Notes: a model not told the origin generated them from the sequence alone. Positions 49,390-58,872 are shown, numbered from the stretch's first letter. The stretch is 64,000 bases of DNA from Candidatus Collierbacteria bacterium UBA2277 (GCA_002347045.1 DDWV01000001.1:487201-551200); one strand, 5' to 3'. Numbers and translations: made by a program.

Positions 49390-51354
49390 ATGTTTTTTAC
49401 TGACCTATCAATTGTTTTTAGAACCTACTTGATAAGCTTAGTAATTCAACTGCTAACTTGGCCAGTAACTAAGAAAATTTTTGGAAAATTACCTGATGGA
49501 GGTTGGGCCTTGGGAAGAGTGTTTACAAGCTTGTTTGCGGCCGTGGTTATATGGCAGTTGAGCTATCTAGGTCTTTCTTCGAACAACAGTAGTAGCATAT
49601 TTGCTTTGATGACTGTTTTTGGACTAGCTGGACTTTGGCAACTGTATGTCGACGGAGTCAAAAAATATGCGGTTACTCGTTCTATGGCAAAGATTATTGC
49701 CATTGAAGAATATCTTTTTTTAATAGGACTCGGATTAACTGCAATTATTCGTGGACATGCTCCAGAGTTAAACTCACTGGAGAAGTTTATGGATTTTGGA
49801 TTTGTAAAACAGTACTTAGTGTCTCCTTCTCTTCCGGCGATGGATATGTGGCAAGCAGGAAAAAGTATCAACTATTACTCCTTTGGTCATTTTTGGACTA
49901 GCACTTTAATCCGTATCTGGGGAGTTGAGCCGAGTGTGGGATACAACTTGATGTTGGCTTTTATTTTTGGAACATCGATGAGTCTAGTATTTATTTTGTG
50001 CTATACACTGATGGGCAAAAAAAGCTCGCGAGCCTTAACTTTTGGGAGTTTGATAGGGTCAATGTCGGTAATGATAGCCGGAAACAGCCATACCATTTGG
50101 TATCTATTGAAAAACAAGGGCCTGCTAGACTACTGGTATGCAGACGCAACACGATTTATTGCTTTCACAATTCATGAGTTCCCAAGCTATAGTTTTGTGG
50201 TCTCTGATCTTCATGGCCATGTACTTGATTTACCGGTAGTTTTGTCTTTTTTGGTTCTTTTGGTCTTGTGGTTTAGTGAGAGAAAGAAAATTTATGAGGT
50301 ACTTATGGGAGTGTTGTTTGGAGTAATGATGATGACAAACACTTGGGATGTAGCAATTTTTGGATTGGTATTGGTAGTAATGGCGGTGTTAATGCTGTTT
50401 GAGAATCCCAGAGAGATTAAGGCCTTACTATCAATGGCCATGACAATGATAGTGACCGTGTTTTTGGTGACAATGCCATGGTGGTTGTCTTTCCATGCCA
50501 TATCAGATGGAATAGGACTTGTAAAAGAGAGGTCTCCTTTTTGGCAACTTCTTGTGTTGTGGAGCGGAGGAGTAGTAATAAGCGTTTTAGGTTTTGTGAT
50601 GGGAAAGGGTGAAAAAAATAAACTTTTGATTAGAACACTGGCACTTTGCTCAGTTTTCCTAATTGCGATACCTGAGTTTGTTTACGCGAGGGACATTTAC
50701 CCAGACTATCCAAGAGCCAATACTATGTTTAAGCTAACTTACCAGTCGTTTGTAATGATAGGCGTGTTAGCTGGATTTGCTTGGGGAAAGTTGCTGGATA
50801 AAGATAAAAAAATGTTTGTGGGGATGCGGATTTTAGGACTGTTTGTTTTGCTATATATATTTGTAGGGACGATGATTTTTCCGGTTAAAGCATTCCCCTC
50901 TTACTACAAATCATTTGCTAATTATAAAGGACTTAGTGGAGAAAAATGGATGGTAGATACAATGCCCGAATATTATCATGCAGCAAAATATCTAGACAAA
51001 AATCGAGACGGGAAGAATTTGGTAGAAGCTGTGGGAAACAGTTATACCCTATTTAACGCAGTGTCAGTGTTTTCCGGCGTACCGACAGTTCAAGGATGGA
51101 GAGTGCATGAGTGGTTGTGGCGAGGGGGGTACGACACAGTGCTTGAAAGACAAGATGATGTAATTGAAATATACCAAGGTCAAAGCGTAGAGAAGGCGCA
51201 AAAATTAATTAAGAAATATAATGTTGGCTGGATATTGGTTGGACAAAATGAGACTGTTTCTTACAAAATTAATGAGGAAAAGCTGTGGCAAATTGGTGAA
51301 AAAGTCTGGCAAGATGGCAATACTTATATAATAAAAGTAGAACTACCCTACTGA
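49390..51354 (+). CDS. DUF2298-like polytopic membrane protein (putative GT-C-fold glycosyltransferase)
   Basis: 654 aa with at least 12 TM helices in the N-terminal 500 aa and a soluble C-terminal domain. The architecture is typical of DUF2298 / ArnT-PMT-like proteins common in CPR and archaea. Confidence 0.5.
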   Translation: MFFTDLSIVFRTYLISLVIQLLTWPVTKKIFGKLPDGGWALGRVFTSLFAAVVIWQLSYLGLSSNNSSSIFALMTVFGLAGLWQLYVDGVKKYAVTRSMAKIIAIEEYLFLIGLGLTAIIRGHAPELNSLEKFMDFGFVKQYLVSPSLPAMDMWQAGKSINYYSFGHFWTSTLIRIWGVEPSVGYNLMLAFIFGTSMSLVFILCYTLMGKKSSRALTFGSLIGSMSVMIAGNSHTIWYLLKNKGLLDYWYADATRFIAFTIHEFPSYSFVVSDLHGHVLDLPVVLSFLVLLVLWFSERKKIYEVLMGVLFGVMMMTNTWDVAIFGLVLVVMAVLMLFENPREIKALLSMAMTMIVTVFLVTMPWWLSFHAISDGIGLVKERSPFWQLLVLWSGGVVISVLGFVMGKGEKNKLLIRTLALCSVFLIAIPEFVYARDIYPDYPRANTMFKLTYQSFVMIGVLAGFAWGKLLDKDKKMFVGMRILGLFVLLYIFVGTMIFPVKAFPSYYKSFANYKGLSGEKWMVDTMPEYYHAAKYLDKNRDGKNLVEAVGNSYTLFNAVSVFSGVPTVQGWRVHEWLWRGGYDTVLERQDDVIEIYQGQSVEKAQKLIKKYNVGWILVGQNETVSYKINEEKLWQIGEKVWQDGNTYIIKVELPY

Positions 51355-52418
51355 GAACCATTGAGACGGTTGCTCAAATACTTCTTTAAGGCGTCCCAAC
51401 TATTATCTTTGGGGATAAGCACCCACTCACCTTTATATTTATATGTGGGAGGATTGTATAGTATCGCAACCCCGTTTTCGTCTGGGAGAGTGGAAAGAGT
51501 GATTGATCTCATCTGACTGTTTTGAGTGTCTAGAGCTATTTTGGCCAGAGTTGGATATAGACTCTGACTAAGGTTGGTATCGAGATTTTTGTCCAAAATT
51601 GTAAAAAACTGGTCAAGCTTTTCTTTGTTGAGGAGAAAAGCTGGTGTAAGCATTTTTTGTTTTAGAGCCGAGATAATTTGTTGTTGTCTGCGGGACCTGG
51701 CAAAGTCAGTACCTTCATCTCCTATTGAGTGACGCGATCTAACAAACTTTAGGGCAGTGTCACCGTTCATGTGAGCTGACCCTGTAGCAAAAACAAGTGT
51801 TTCGTATCGGCTAGACACAGGTATAGCGTTTTCTTTGCCTGGAAGAGGAAAATTTGGATCGACAAATCCAGGATTAACGTCTATATCCACCCCTCCTATG
51901 AGGTCGATAGTTTCTTTAAAAATAGTGAAGTTTATGACTGCAGTGTAATGAATGGGAAGACCTAAGTCTTCTAAAATTGCACCTTGAGCCATTTTTATGC
52001 CACCCCCTGGGCTGGCCTTTTCTCCGTAGTGATAAGCAGTATTAATTTTGGCTTGGAGTGAAGGAACCCAAAGGTCTCGAGGAATACTTATCAAAGCTGG
52101 AGTTTTTGAGTTGTGATTGTAAGAAAGAACAATAACTGTGTCTGAAAGATTTGGAGAGTCTGTACCTTCGCCACGTATACCGAGTAATAAAAAGTTTGTG
52201 GTGCCACTAGTGTTGTCGAGATTCTCAACGGGAGTGCCAAAAAAACTAAGAAGGTCTTGAGGCTTTAAATTGAGGCCAGAGAGTATCTCGAGTCCCTTTG
52301 CACCTGCAATTCCTAATATACTGAGAAAAAACAAAACGAGAATGGCCACAAGATGAGTTTTTATGAATGCGGCAGTACGAATAAAAAGACGGCGTGGTCT
52401 GATGTGACTTATTTTCAT
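51348..52418 (-). CDS. LytR-CpsA-Psr (LCP) family cell-wall glycopolymer ligase
   Basis: 356 aa with an N-terminal TM helix and the LCP core motif NFLLLGIRGEG...DTVIVLSYN...ALISIPRDLWV. Its 3' end overlaps DUF2298 convergently by 7 nt. Confidence 0.8.
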   Translation of the reverse strand: MKISHIRPRRLFIRTAAFIKTHLVAILVLFFLSILGIAGAKGLEILSGLNLKPQDLLSFFGTPVENLDNTSGTTNFLLLGIRGEGTDSPNLSDTVIVLSYNHNSKTPALISIPRDLWVPSLQAKINTAYHYGEKASPGGGIKMAQGAILEDLGLPIHYTAVINFTIFKETIDLIGGVDIDVNPGFVDPNFPLPGKENAIPVSSRYETLVFATGSAHMNGDTALKFVRSRHSIGDEGTDFARSRRQQQIISALKQKMLTPAFLLNKEKLDQFFTILDKNLDTNLSQSLYPTLAKIALDTQNSQMRSITLSTLPDENGVAILYNPPTYKYKGEWVLIPKDNSWDALKKYLSNRLNGSQ

Positions 52419-52422
52419 TGTG

Positions 52423-53115
52423 TTATGAAATGCTGTTGATGATTTCGGTAAAAAGAGTTGGCTCTAAGCTGTCTGTTCCAACTAATACTCCATCGATGCG
52501 TCCTTGATCAACAAACATATTAACATTGTCGGCTGTAACTGAACCGCCATAAAGAATCGGGGCTTGGTTGTCTGTAAGAAAGCCAATTTGGTTGGTGACA
52601 TGATTTGTTTCGACAGGATCCATTGCTGTTCCAGTACCGATTGCAGATATTGGTTCGTAAACAAAAAAACATCGAGAAACATCGATGTTTTTTTGGAATA
52701 GCTCTTTGATTTGTTCATCTATGTAAGGTATATCAAGACAAACGATAGGAGTAATGGAGTTTTCAAGTAGAAGGCGAGTTTTCTCGGCCACCATTTCACA
52801 GGTTTCGTTGAACTCACGTCGTCGTTCAGAGTGACCGACAATGCAGTAACTAACAAGCTCGCTAAGCATGTTCGCGGTGACTTCACCGGAGTGCTTTCCA
52901 GGAGGTAGATGAGAGACGTTTTGGGCACCAGTGATTATGGGAATGTTTAGGTCGGATAATTTGTGATTGAAGCCTGAGATATCAGTGAAGGGCAAGCAGA
53001 GAATCACAGTGAGATCCTTGTGAAAATTAGGCTTGATTGATTGAATGCCATCAATCCATATCAGAGATTCGGTGAGGTTTTGATTGCTTTTCCAGTTGCC
53101 AATTATGTATTTCAT
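52423..53115 (-). CDS. tpiA: Triosephosphate isomerase
   Basis: The GNWKSN, GHSERR, YEPISAIGTG and YGGSV catalytic-loop motifs. Confidence 0.9.
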   Translation of the reverse strand: MKYIIGNWKSNQNLTESLIWIDGIQSIKPNFHKDLTVILCLPFTDISGFNHKLSDLNIPIITGAQNVSHLPPGKHSGEVTANMLSELVSYCIVGHSERRREFNETCEMVAEKTRLLLENSITPIVCLDIPYIDEQIKELFQKNIDVSRCFFVYEPISAIGTGTAMDPVETNHVTNQIGFLTDNQAPILYGGSVTADNVNMFVDQGRIDGVLVGTDSLEPTLFTEIINSIS

Positions 53116-53139
53116 TCTGTGGGTTAATTATATGCCATA

Positions 53140-55074
53140 TTGAATTACAATGGATTGGTTATGAGTGAGTTATTAAAAAATCTAAACGAAAAACAAAAAG
53201 AGGCAGTCACCTATGGAGAAGGACCTTTGCTAGTGCTGGCTGGTGCAGGATCGGGAAAAACAAGAGTGCTAACACACAGAGCTGCCCACCTAATCGCAGA
53301 GATGGGTGTCGATCCCCATAAAATTGCTCTATTAACGTTTACAAACAAGGCAGCAGGAGAGATGAGAGATAGGGTTGAGAAGTTAGAAGGTAAAGGTTGT
53401 GTTTTGGGTTTTGCGGGAACATTTCACACTTTCTGTGCAAAACTTCTGAGAACTCACGGGATAAATGTTGGAGTGAAGCCAAATTTTGTAATTTTTGATA
53501 GTAGTGACTCAGAAACGGCGATGAAGAAAGTATTGAAAGAACTTGATATTGACCCAAAAGAGTTTAAACCCGCGATGTTTTTGGCAGTAATTGGAAAAAT
53601 GAAAAATGATCTGATTGGTATTTCTGAAGCGGAGGCGGAGGTGTCGGATATGTTTCGAAGAACTGTGGTTCGAGTGTGGAAGGCTTATCAGAAGAAGCTC
53701 GAGACTAACAATGGGGTAGATTTTGATGACTTACTAGTAAAGACTGTTTCCCTGCTCAGTATTGATAGAGTTCGACAAGAGATAAATACAAGACTTGAGT
53801 GGATTCTTGTGGATGAGTATCAAGACACAAATAAAGCCCAGTTTGAACTCACAAAACTCTTGGCTGGAGAGAAACACAACATTACAGCTGTAGGTGACGC
53901 AGCTCAAGCAATTTACTCGTTTCGGGGAGCAGATTATAAAAACTTAGTAATGTTTAACACAGAGTATCCAGAAACAAAAACCATAAGCTTGCCGATGAAT
54001 TATCGAAGTACCCAAAATATATTGGATACAGCCTTTGGTGTAATAAGCCACAACACGACCCATCCAGTTATCAAATTAGAGACTAATTGCTTAGTTGGAG
54101 AAAAGGTAGATTTTTTTGAAGCAGTAGATGAGAGAGATGAGGCAAAGTATGTAGTAGAAACAGCCAGAAAAGCAAGTGGCTTTGGTGAAGTGGCAATACT
54201 TTATCGAACAAACTCTCAGTCTAGAGCTTTTGAGGACGAACTAATGCGTAGAGATATACCTTATAAACTAATTGGCGGGCTAAGATTTTATAATCGAGCT
54301 GAAGTAAAGGACTTAATTGCCTACCTAAGACTAGTTAATAATCCCGCAGAAGAAATAAGCAGAATAAGAATTGAAAAAATCGGCAAGAGAAGGGCGAGTA
54401 AGTTTTATGAATGGAGTGATCGTCTTCCGAGTGGAAAAGATCAAAGCTCCCCGGGACAGTTATTGGAAGAGATCATAAATATAGTTGGGTTTTTGGAGAG
54501 ATTTGACGAAAGAGACGAAGATGATTTAGCCCGAATTGAAAACATCAATGAGCTTTTGGCCGTAGCGTCTGAGTATAAGAATGTTGAGGAGTTTTTGGAA
54601 AGTGCCGCTTTATCTGAGTCGGAGATTAAGCAACATAGATCAAATGCAAAAATTTCATTGATGACTGTACATGCGGCCAAGGGCTTGGAGTTTGAAATTG
54701 TTTTTGCTGTAGGACTCGAAGAGGGATTGTTCCCTCACTCCAGATCTTTGATGTCAGGAGCAAAGGAAGAAGTTGAAGAAGAAAGAAGATTGATGTACGT
54801 TGCAATGACACGAGCTAAGGAGAAACTCACACTGTCTTGGGCGAGAAGCCGGTTGGTATTTGGCGGTCGACACACTTCTATCCCATCTAGATTCCTAGCT
54901 GAGATTCCTGAGAATCTTTTGAAAAAAACAGGCGGGGCAAAGGAAATGGAAAAGAAAATGACGAAAGCGAGTTCAAGTTCTGATGAGTTTGTAGAAAAGA
55001 AAAGAATTATTGTTCAAGACTGGGAAATTGAAGCAGAAACGAAGGATGACTTTGCAGAGATTGACAATTGGTAA
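53140..55074 (+). CDS. uvrD: UvrD/PcrA-family ATP-dependent DNA helicase
   Basis: LNEKQKEAV...GPLLVLAGAGSGKTRVLTHR (Walker A), VDEYQDTN, and the remaining SF1 motifs. An alternative start at 53161 (MSELLKNL) fits homologs better. Confidence 0.85.
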   Translation: MNYNGLVMSELLKNLNEKQKEAVTYGEGPLLVLAGAGSGKTRVLTHRAAHLIAEMGVDPHKIALLTFTNKAAGEMRDRVEKLEGKGCVLGFAGTFHTFCAKLLRTHGINVGVKPNFVIFDSSDSETAMKKVLKELDIDPKEFKPAMFLAVIGKMKNDLIGISEAEAEVSDMFRRTVVRVWKAYQKKLETNNGVDFDDLLVKTVSLLSIDRVRQEINTRLEWILVDEYQDTNKAQFELTKLLAGEKHNITAVGDAAQAIYSFRGADYKNLVMFNTEYPETKTISLPMNYRSTQNILDTAFGVISHNTTHPVIKLETNCLVGEKVDFFEAVDERDEAKYVVETARKASGFGEVAILYRTNSQSRAFEDELMRRDIPYKLIGGLRFYNRAEVKDLIAYLRLVNNPAEEISRIRIEKIGKRRASKFYEWSDRLPSGKDQSSPGQLLEEIINIVGFLERFDERDEDDLARIENINELLAVASEYKNVEEFLESAALSESEIKQHRSNAKISLMTVHAAKGLEFEIVFAVGLEEGLFPHSRSLMSGAKEEVEEERRLMYVAMTRAKEKLTLSWARSRLVFGGRHTSIPSRFLAEIPENLLKKTGGAKEMEKKMTKASSSSDEFVEKKRIIVQDWEIEAETKDDFAEIDNW

Positions 55075-55313
55075 AAAACCCGGCCATTGAGACCGGGAAG
55101 GAATAAAGCTAACTGCAAAAATATTTTTTGAAGAATTTGAGGATCCTTTTTAAAACAGAGTTTAGAGAAAATTCTATTTTATTGGCGTATTGGCCTTGCC
55201 TGTTTAAATACTTTTCGTATTCTTCGTCTCTGATAACTCCTCCTTGTGATAAGTTTGGCTTGATTTTATTACTTAAGCGTGACTATTGTCAACAAAACAG
55301 GTTAAAATAAACT

Positions 55314-56333
55314 GTGATCGAAACTGTAAAAGAGAGCCAAAAAAAAGAATACAACAACTTAGCAAAACACCCTTTGCAGTCTTGGGAGTGGGGAGAGTTT
55401 CGTAAGCAAACTGGAGTGATGGTTTCGCGTTTTATACAAACTAAAAAAAATAACTCAAAAGAAGTATTTCAGGTTACTTGGCACACAGTTCCAAAAACAG
55501 GTCTAAAGATTGGGTACTGTCCAAAGTCATCGGTCCCAGATAATGAAGTTTTGGCAGCTGTACTTAAAGAGGGAAAGATAAGAAAGGCCATCTTTGTTAA
55601 GTTTGAACCAAATGAAAAAGTGAGTGTCGAAAATAATAAGCGGTTGGAAAACGTTTCTAAAAAGTTTAATTGGGTGAAGGGAAAACCTTTGTTTACAAAG
55701 TATTCTTTTCAGCTAGACATTTCAAAGAATGAAGAAGAACTGTTGGCGAATATGCACCAGAAAACAAGGTACAACTTACGACTGGCTGAAAAGAAAGGGG
55801 TAAAAATTGTAGAAGATAATAGCTTTGAGGGATTTGAAGAGTACTGGAAACTAATGGAGGAAACGACTAAGAGGCAAGGATTTTATGCCCACACAAAAGG
55901 CTATCACAAAAAAATGTGGAAGGAGATGACTAAGTCTGGAATGGGTCACTTGTTTAAAGCAGTTTACGAAGGAAAAACACTGACTACCTGGATGATTTTT
56001 TTATTAAACAATATCGTTTATTATCCATATGGAGCCTCAAGTAATGAAAATCGTGAAGTAATGGCGAATAATTTAATGATGTGGGAGGTGATCAATTTTG
56101 GAAAAAGACAGAAGTGTGTTTTGTTTGATATGTGGGGAAGCATGGGACCTGAGCCAGATCAAAAAGACCCTTGGTATGGATTCCATAAGTTTAAACAGGG
56201 GTATGGAGCTGAGTTGGTGGAGTTTATAGGTAGTTATGATTTGGTTGTGTCACCTAGAATGTATATGGCTTATCAGCTAGTCGATATAGTTAGGTGGTTT
56301 GTCTTAAAGTTATCGGCGAAAGTGAGAAGTTGA
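55314..56333 (+). CDS. FemAB-family peptidoglycan interpeptide-bridge aminoacyltransferase
   Basis: 339 aa with RYNLRLAEKKGV and the YYPYGASS region typical of FemX/FemA/MurM. It has a GTG start. Confidence 0.72.
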   Translation: MIETVKESQKKEYNNLAKHPLQSWEWGEFRKQTGVMVSRFIQTKKNNSKEVFQVTWHTVPKTGLKIGYCPKSSVPDNEVLAAVLKEGKIRKAIFVKFEPNEKVSVENNKRLENVSKKFNWVKGKPLFTKYSFQLDISKNEEELLANMHQKTRYNLRLAEKKGVKIVEDNSFEGFEEYWKLMEETTKRQGFYAHTKGYHKKMWKEMTKSGMGHLFKAVYEGKTLTTWMIFLLNNIVYYPYGASSNENREVMANNLMMWEVINFGKRQKCVLFDMWGSMGPEPDQKDPWYGFHKFKQGYGAELVEFIGSYDLVVSPRMYMAYQLVDIVRWFVLKLSAKVRS

Positions 56334-57154
56334 TGGAAGATATACGACAAGACCCTGCATGGGGCGGACATCTAAAGCATAAGGGGTGGAAGATAGACTG
56401 GGTAAAGTCGTCTGATGGCCGACATAAAATACAGGTTTCTATTCTACGGCTTGGATGGTGGCCATTTTCGATGATGAAGATACAAAGGTCAAACTTTGAT
56501 CCAGACTTTAATGATTTAAAGAGATTAAAAAGAAAATACTGGGTAGCTAACTCAATAATTGAGCCAATTCGGGTTCAAAATATGGAGTCTTTTCGAAAGG
56601 CTGGATATCATCTAACCAGATTCCCATACTTAGCGATGAGTTCTTATGTTAATGACCTTAGTAAGAGCGAAAAAGAACTTTGGAGTGGCTTGTCTGACAA
56701 TGCCAAGAGACTGATAAAGAAGAATGCTAACGCAAAAATAATTGAGATTAGTCCAGATAAGTTTTGTGAGTTATGGAAAAAATCTAGCAAAATTTGGATA
56801 ATGAAGGTAGATGAGGTTGCTAATTTACAAAAATCTTTTAAAGGTAAAGTTCGACTGGTAGTAAGTAAGGTTGGATATGAGTACCACTCTGGACTGATGG
56901 TAATTTATTCAAAAGATACGGCTAATTATTATCAGACATGGACAAGTGAGGCAGGAAGAAAATCGGGGGTTCACTACAAACTTGTGTGGGAGGAAATGAA
57001 AAAGGCTAAGCAAATGGGAATGAAATACTTTGACTTTGAGGGAATTTTTGACCCTCGTTGGCCACAAAAAAAATGGATTGGTTTTACTGACTTTAAAAGA
57101 CGTTTCGGCGGAGAGCTGGTTCGTTTCCCTGGTGGATTTTTTCGTTGGCTATAG
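56333..57154 (+). CDS. Second FemAB-family aminoacyltransferase
   Basis: About 273 aa from MEDIRQDPAWGGH, a paralog of the upstream gene. Its ATG overlaps the upstream TGA (TGATG). Confidence 0.62.
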   Translation: MEDIRQDPAWGGHLKHKGWKIDWVKSSDGRHKIQVSILRLGWWPFSMMKIQRSNFDPDFNDLKRLKRKYWVANSIIEPIRVQNMESFRKAGYHLTRFPYLAMSSYVNDLSKSEKELWSGLSDNAKRLIKKNANAKIIEISPDKFCELWKKSSKIWIMKVDEVANLQKSFKGKVRLVVSKVGYEYHSGLMVIYSKDTANYYQTWTSEAGRKSGVHYKLVWEEMKKAKQMGMKYFDFEGIFDPRWPQKKWIGFTDFKRRFGGELVRFPGGFFRWL

Positions 57155-57161
57155 CAAGAAA

Positions 57162-57185
57162 AAACCCACTCGGTTGAGTGGGTTT
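57162..57185 (-). terminator. Intrinsic terminator hairpin (strong on the minus strand, possibly bidirectional)
   Basis: Stem AAACCCACTC, loop GGTT, stem GAGTGGGTTT, a perfect 10-bp stem. The minus-strand reading is followed by TTTTTTCTT, just 3' of the 57193 gene stop and 8 nt past the femAB stop. Confidence 0.75.
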
Positions 57186-57192
57186 GAGAATC

Positions 57193-57852
57193 TTATTTGT
57201 AGGCAAGTGGGATGGTTCTTGTTACATGTAGGAGAGAAAAAAGATATGGCAAGGAAACTTGTGGATGTGGAAGATATTTACTTCCACTGTTCCCAAAGAC
57301 AACGCCGTTGTCCCGCAGATCTTTGTAAAGGGATGTATCGCCAACCCTGATATGACGGGAGTACCCTTTGGCGACTGCTGTAGACAGAAGCAGGTTTGTC
57401 GCAAGCATTGCTTGAGACGTGGCGAGATCTTTTTCTGCAAAGGTCAAATTGTTATCAATGTCGACCCAGGCGATATATCGGGCAGTGGCAACAAGACGAA
57501 CAAGTATTTCGGCCGAGATTACATCACCGACCTTGTCTTTTCCGTCAGTTTCCTTGAGCCCGTTCTCTTGGCGAGATTGGGCGAGCCATGCGTTTTCTTT
57601 TTCGAGCCATTGTTCGGGAGTGATACCCCAGATTATTTCACTGATTTCAAAGACTGCTTCCTTCCTGCTTGACGCGCTACCTAAAATAGTAGCGGCCTTG
57701 GGAAGACAAGCAGCTCGAAGCGAAAGAACGTTGAGATTGCAGGCAACTGACTGGTAGGTCCCACGGTTCATTTGGACCTTGCCTGCAATTAATTGCTGAG
57801 CATACTGCGCCCAGTACTCTTCAAACATTTTCTTACTAAAAACTTCTGTCAT
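57193..57852 (-). CDS. Hypothetical soluble protein with locally elevated GC (orphan gene)
   Basis: About 219 aa from MTEVFSKKMFEEYW with no recognisable motifs. Hand-sampled 60-mers give about 48-52% GC against about 33-38% in the flanks. Overlapping ORFs on both strands are consistent with a GC-rich insert. The ORF-track start at 57906 is less likely. Confidence 0.4.
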   Translation of the reverse strand: MTEVFSKKMFEEYWAQYAQQLIAGKVQMNRGTYQSVACNLNVLSLRAACLPKAATILGSASSRKEAVFEISEIIWGITPEQWLEKENAWLAQSRQENGLKETDGKDKVGDVISAEILVRLVATARYIAWVDIDNNLTFAEKDLATSQAMLATNLLLSTAVAKGYSRHIRVGDTSLYKDLRDNGVVFGNSGSKYLPHPQVSLPYLFSLLHVTRTIPLAYK

Positions 57853-57934
57853 GTTTACCTCCATTGATTTATGTGAATGAACTGATCGTCGGACGTATTT
57901 TATCACGAATCGTAACTATAGGCCAATTACTAGC

Positions 57935-58201
57935 CTAGAAGAGAGTTTTTTGTTTGGGAAGAGGCTCGAAATTATGCAAATGATCAGGAACTTCAACTAC
58001 TTTTATTTTGGAAGTGTGTCCTGAAAGAAGAAATATTTGTGACTTAGGTATGGAAAAATATTTTGATAGAGAGCGGATAATGGCCCCGTTTGCTCTTCCG
58101 TCCACAGGAGGTTCTTTGACTGAAACAGCGTATGAGTCTGAAGATATCTTTATAATCTTTTCTTGCTTTTTTTTGGGCTTGGCAACAATAGTGAGATGCA
58201 T
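57935..58201 (-). CDS. YggU/DUF167 family protein
   Basis: 88 aa. VKEPPVDGRANGAIIRSLSKYFSIPKSQIFLLSGHTSKIKVVE matches the DUF167 signature. Confidence 0.7.
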   Translation of the reverse strand: MHLTIVAKPKKKQEKIIKISSDSYAVSVKEPPVDGRANGAIIRSLSKYFSIPKSQIFLLSGHTSKIKVVEVPDHLHNFEPLPKQKTLF

Positions 58202-58209
58202 TTATTTTG

Positions 58210-58872
58210 TTACCAATTAATTGGAGGCTTTTTTTGAGCTAATAAATACTCATTTGTTTTACTAAAAGGCTTACTTCCAAAAAATCCTCCATAAGCAGAC
58301 AATGGTGAAGGGTGAGCGGACTTGATGACTAAATGCTTGGCAGAATCAATGAAAGAACCTTTTTTCTGGGCATAGTTGCCCCAGAGAATAAATACTAGTC
58401 CCGTCTTTGTGTCGGCAAGATGATGTATTACAGCATCAGTAAACTTTTCCCAACCTTTGTTTTGGTGTGACCCTGCCTGATGTGCTCTAACAGTGAGCGT
58501 GGCATTGAGTAGCAATACACCTTCGTGAACCCAGCGCTCGAGATTTCCTGAGGCGGGGCGAGAAACTCCAATATCGGACTCAAGCTCTTTGTAAATATTT
58601 TGAAGAGATGGAGGCTGACGAACGCCGTCTGGGACAGAGAAAGATAAGCCATGAGCCTGGTAAGGACCATGATAAGGATCTTGGCCAATAATAATTACTT
58701 TGACTTTGTCTACAGGTAAACTATCAAGAGCATTAAATATTTGCTTGGCAGGTGGATAAACGGTAGAGCTTTTGTACTGCTCATGAACAAAGCCACTTAA
58801 GTCTTTGAAGTATGGTTTTTTGAACTCATCTTTGAGAGCTTCTTTCCATGATTTTTCCAACTTGATGGCCAT
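58210..58872 (-). CDS. ung: Uracil-DNA glycosylase, family 1
   Basis: The GQDPYH motif, LLLNATLTVR and HPSPLSA. Confidence 0.9.
   Translation of the reverse strand: MAIKLEKSWKEALKDEFKKPYFKDLSGFVHEQYKSSTVYPPAKQIFNALDSLPVDKVKVIIIGQDPYHGPYQAHGLSFSVPDGVRQPPSLQNIYKELESDIGVSRPASGNLERWVHEGVLLLNATLTVRAHQAGSHQNKGWEKFTDAVIHHLADTKTGLVFILWGNYAQKKGSFIDSAKHLVIKSAHPSPLSAYGGFFGSKPFSKTNEYLLAQKKPPINW

Noticed and set aside
55079-55097. CCCGG...CCGGG hairpin after the uvrD stop
   Set aside because: A 5-bp stem with a 9-nt loop and no downstream U-tract on the plus strand. It is too weak to call a terminator.
55128-55310. 60-aa ORF in the uvrD-femAB intergenic region
   Set aside because: Low-complexity, no RBS, and it ends in the femAB promoter-like region. 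It is more likely non-coding.
57259-57757. Plus-strand ORFs of 137 and 112 aa overlapping the GC-rich orphan gene
   Set aside because: The longer minus-strand frame ends at a strong terminator. Multiple overlapping frames are expected in locally GC-rich DNA, so only one coding frame is called, with low confidence.
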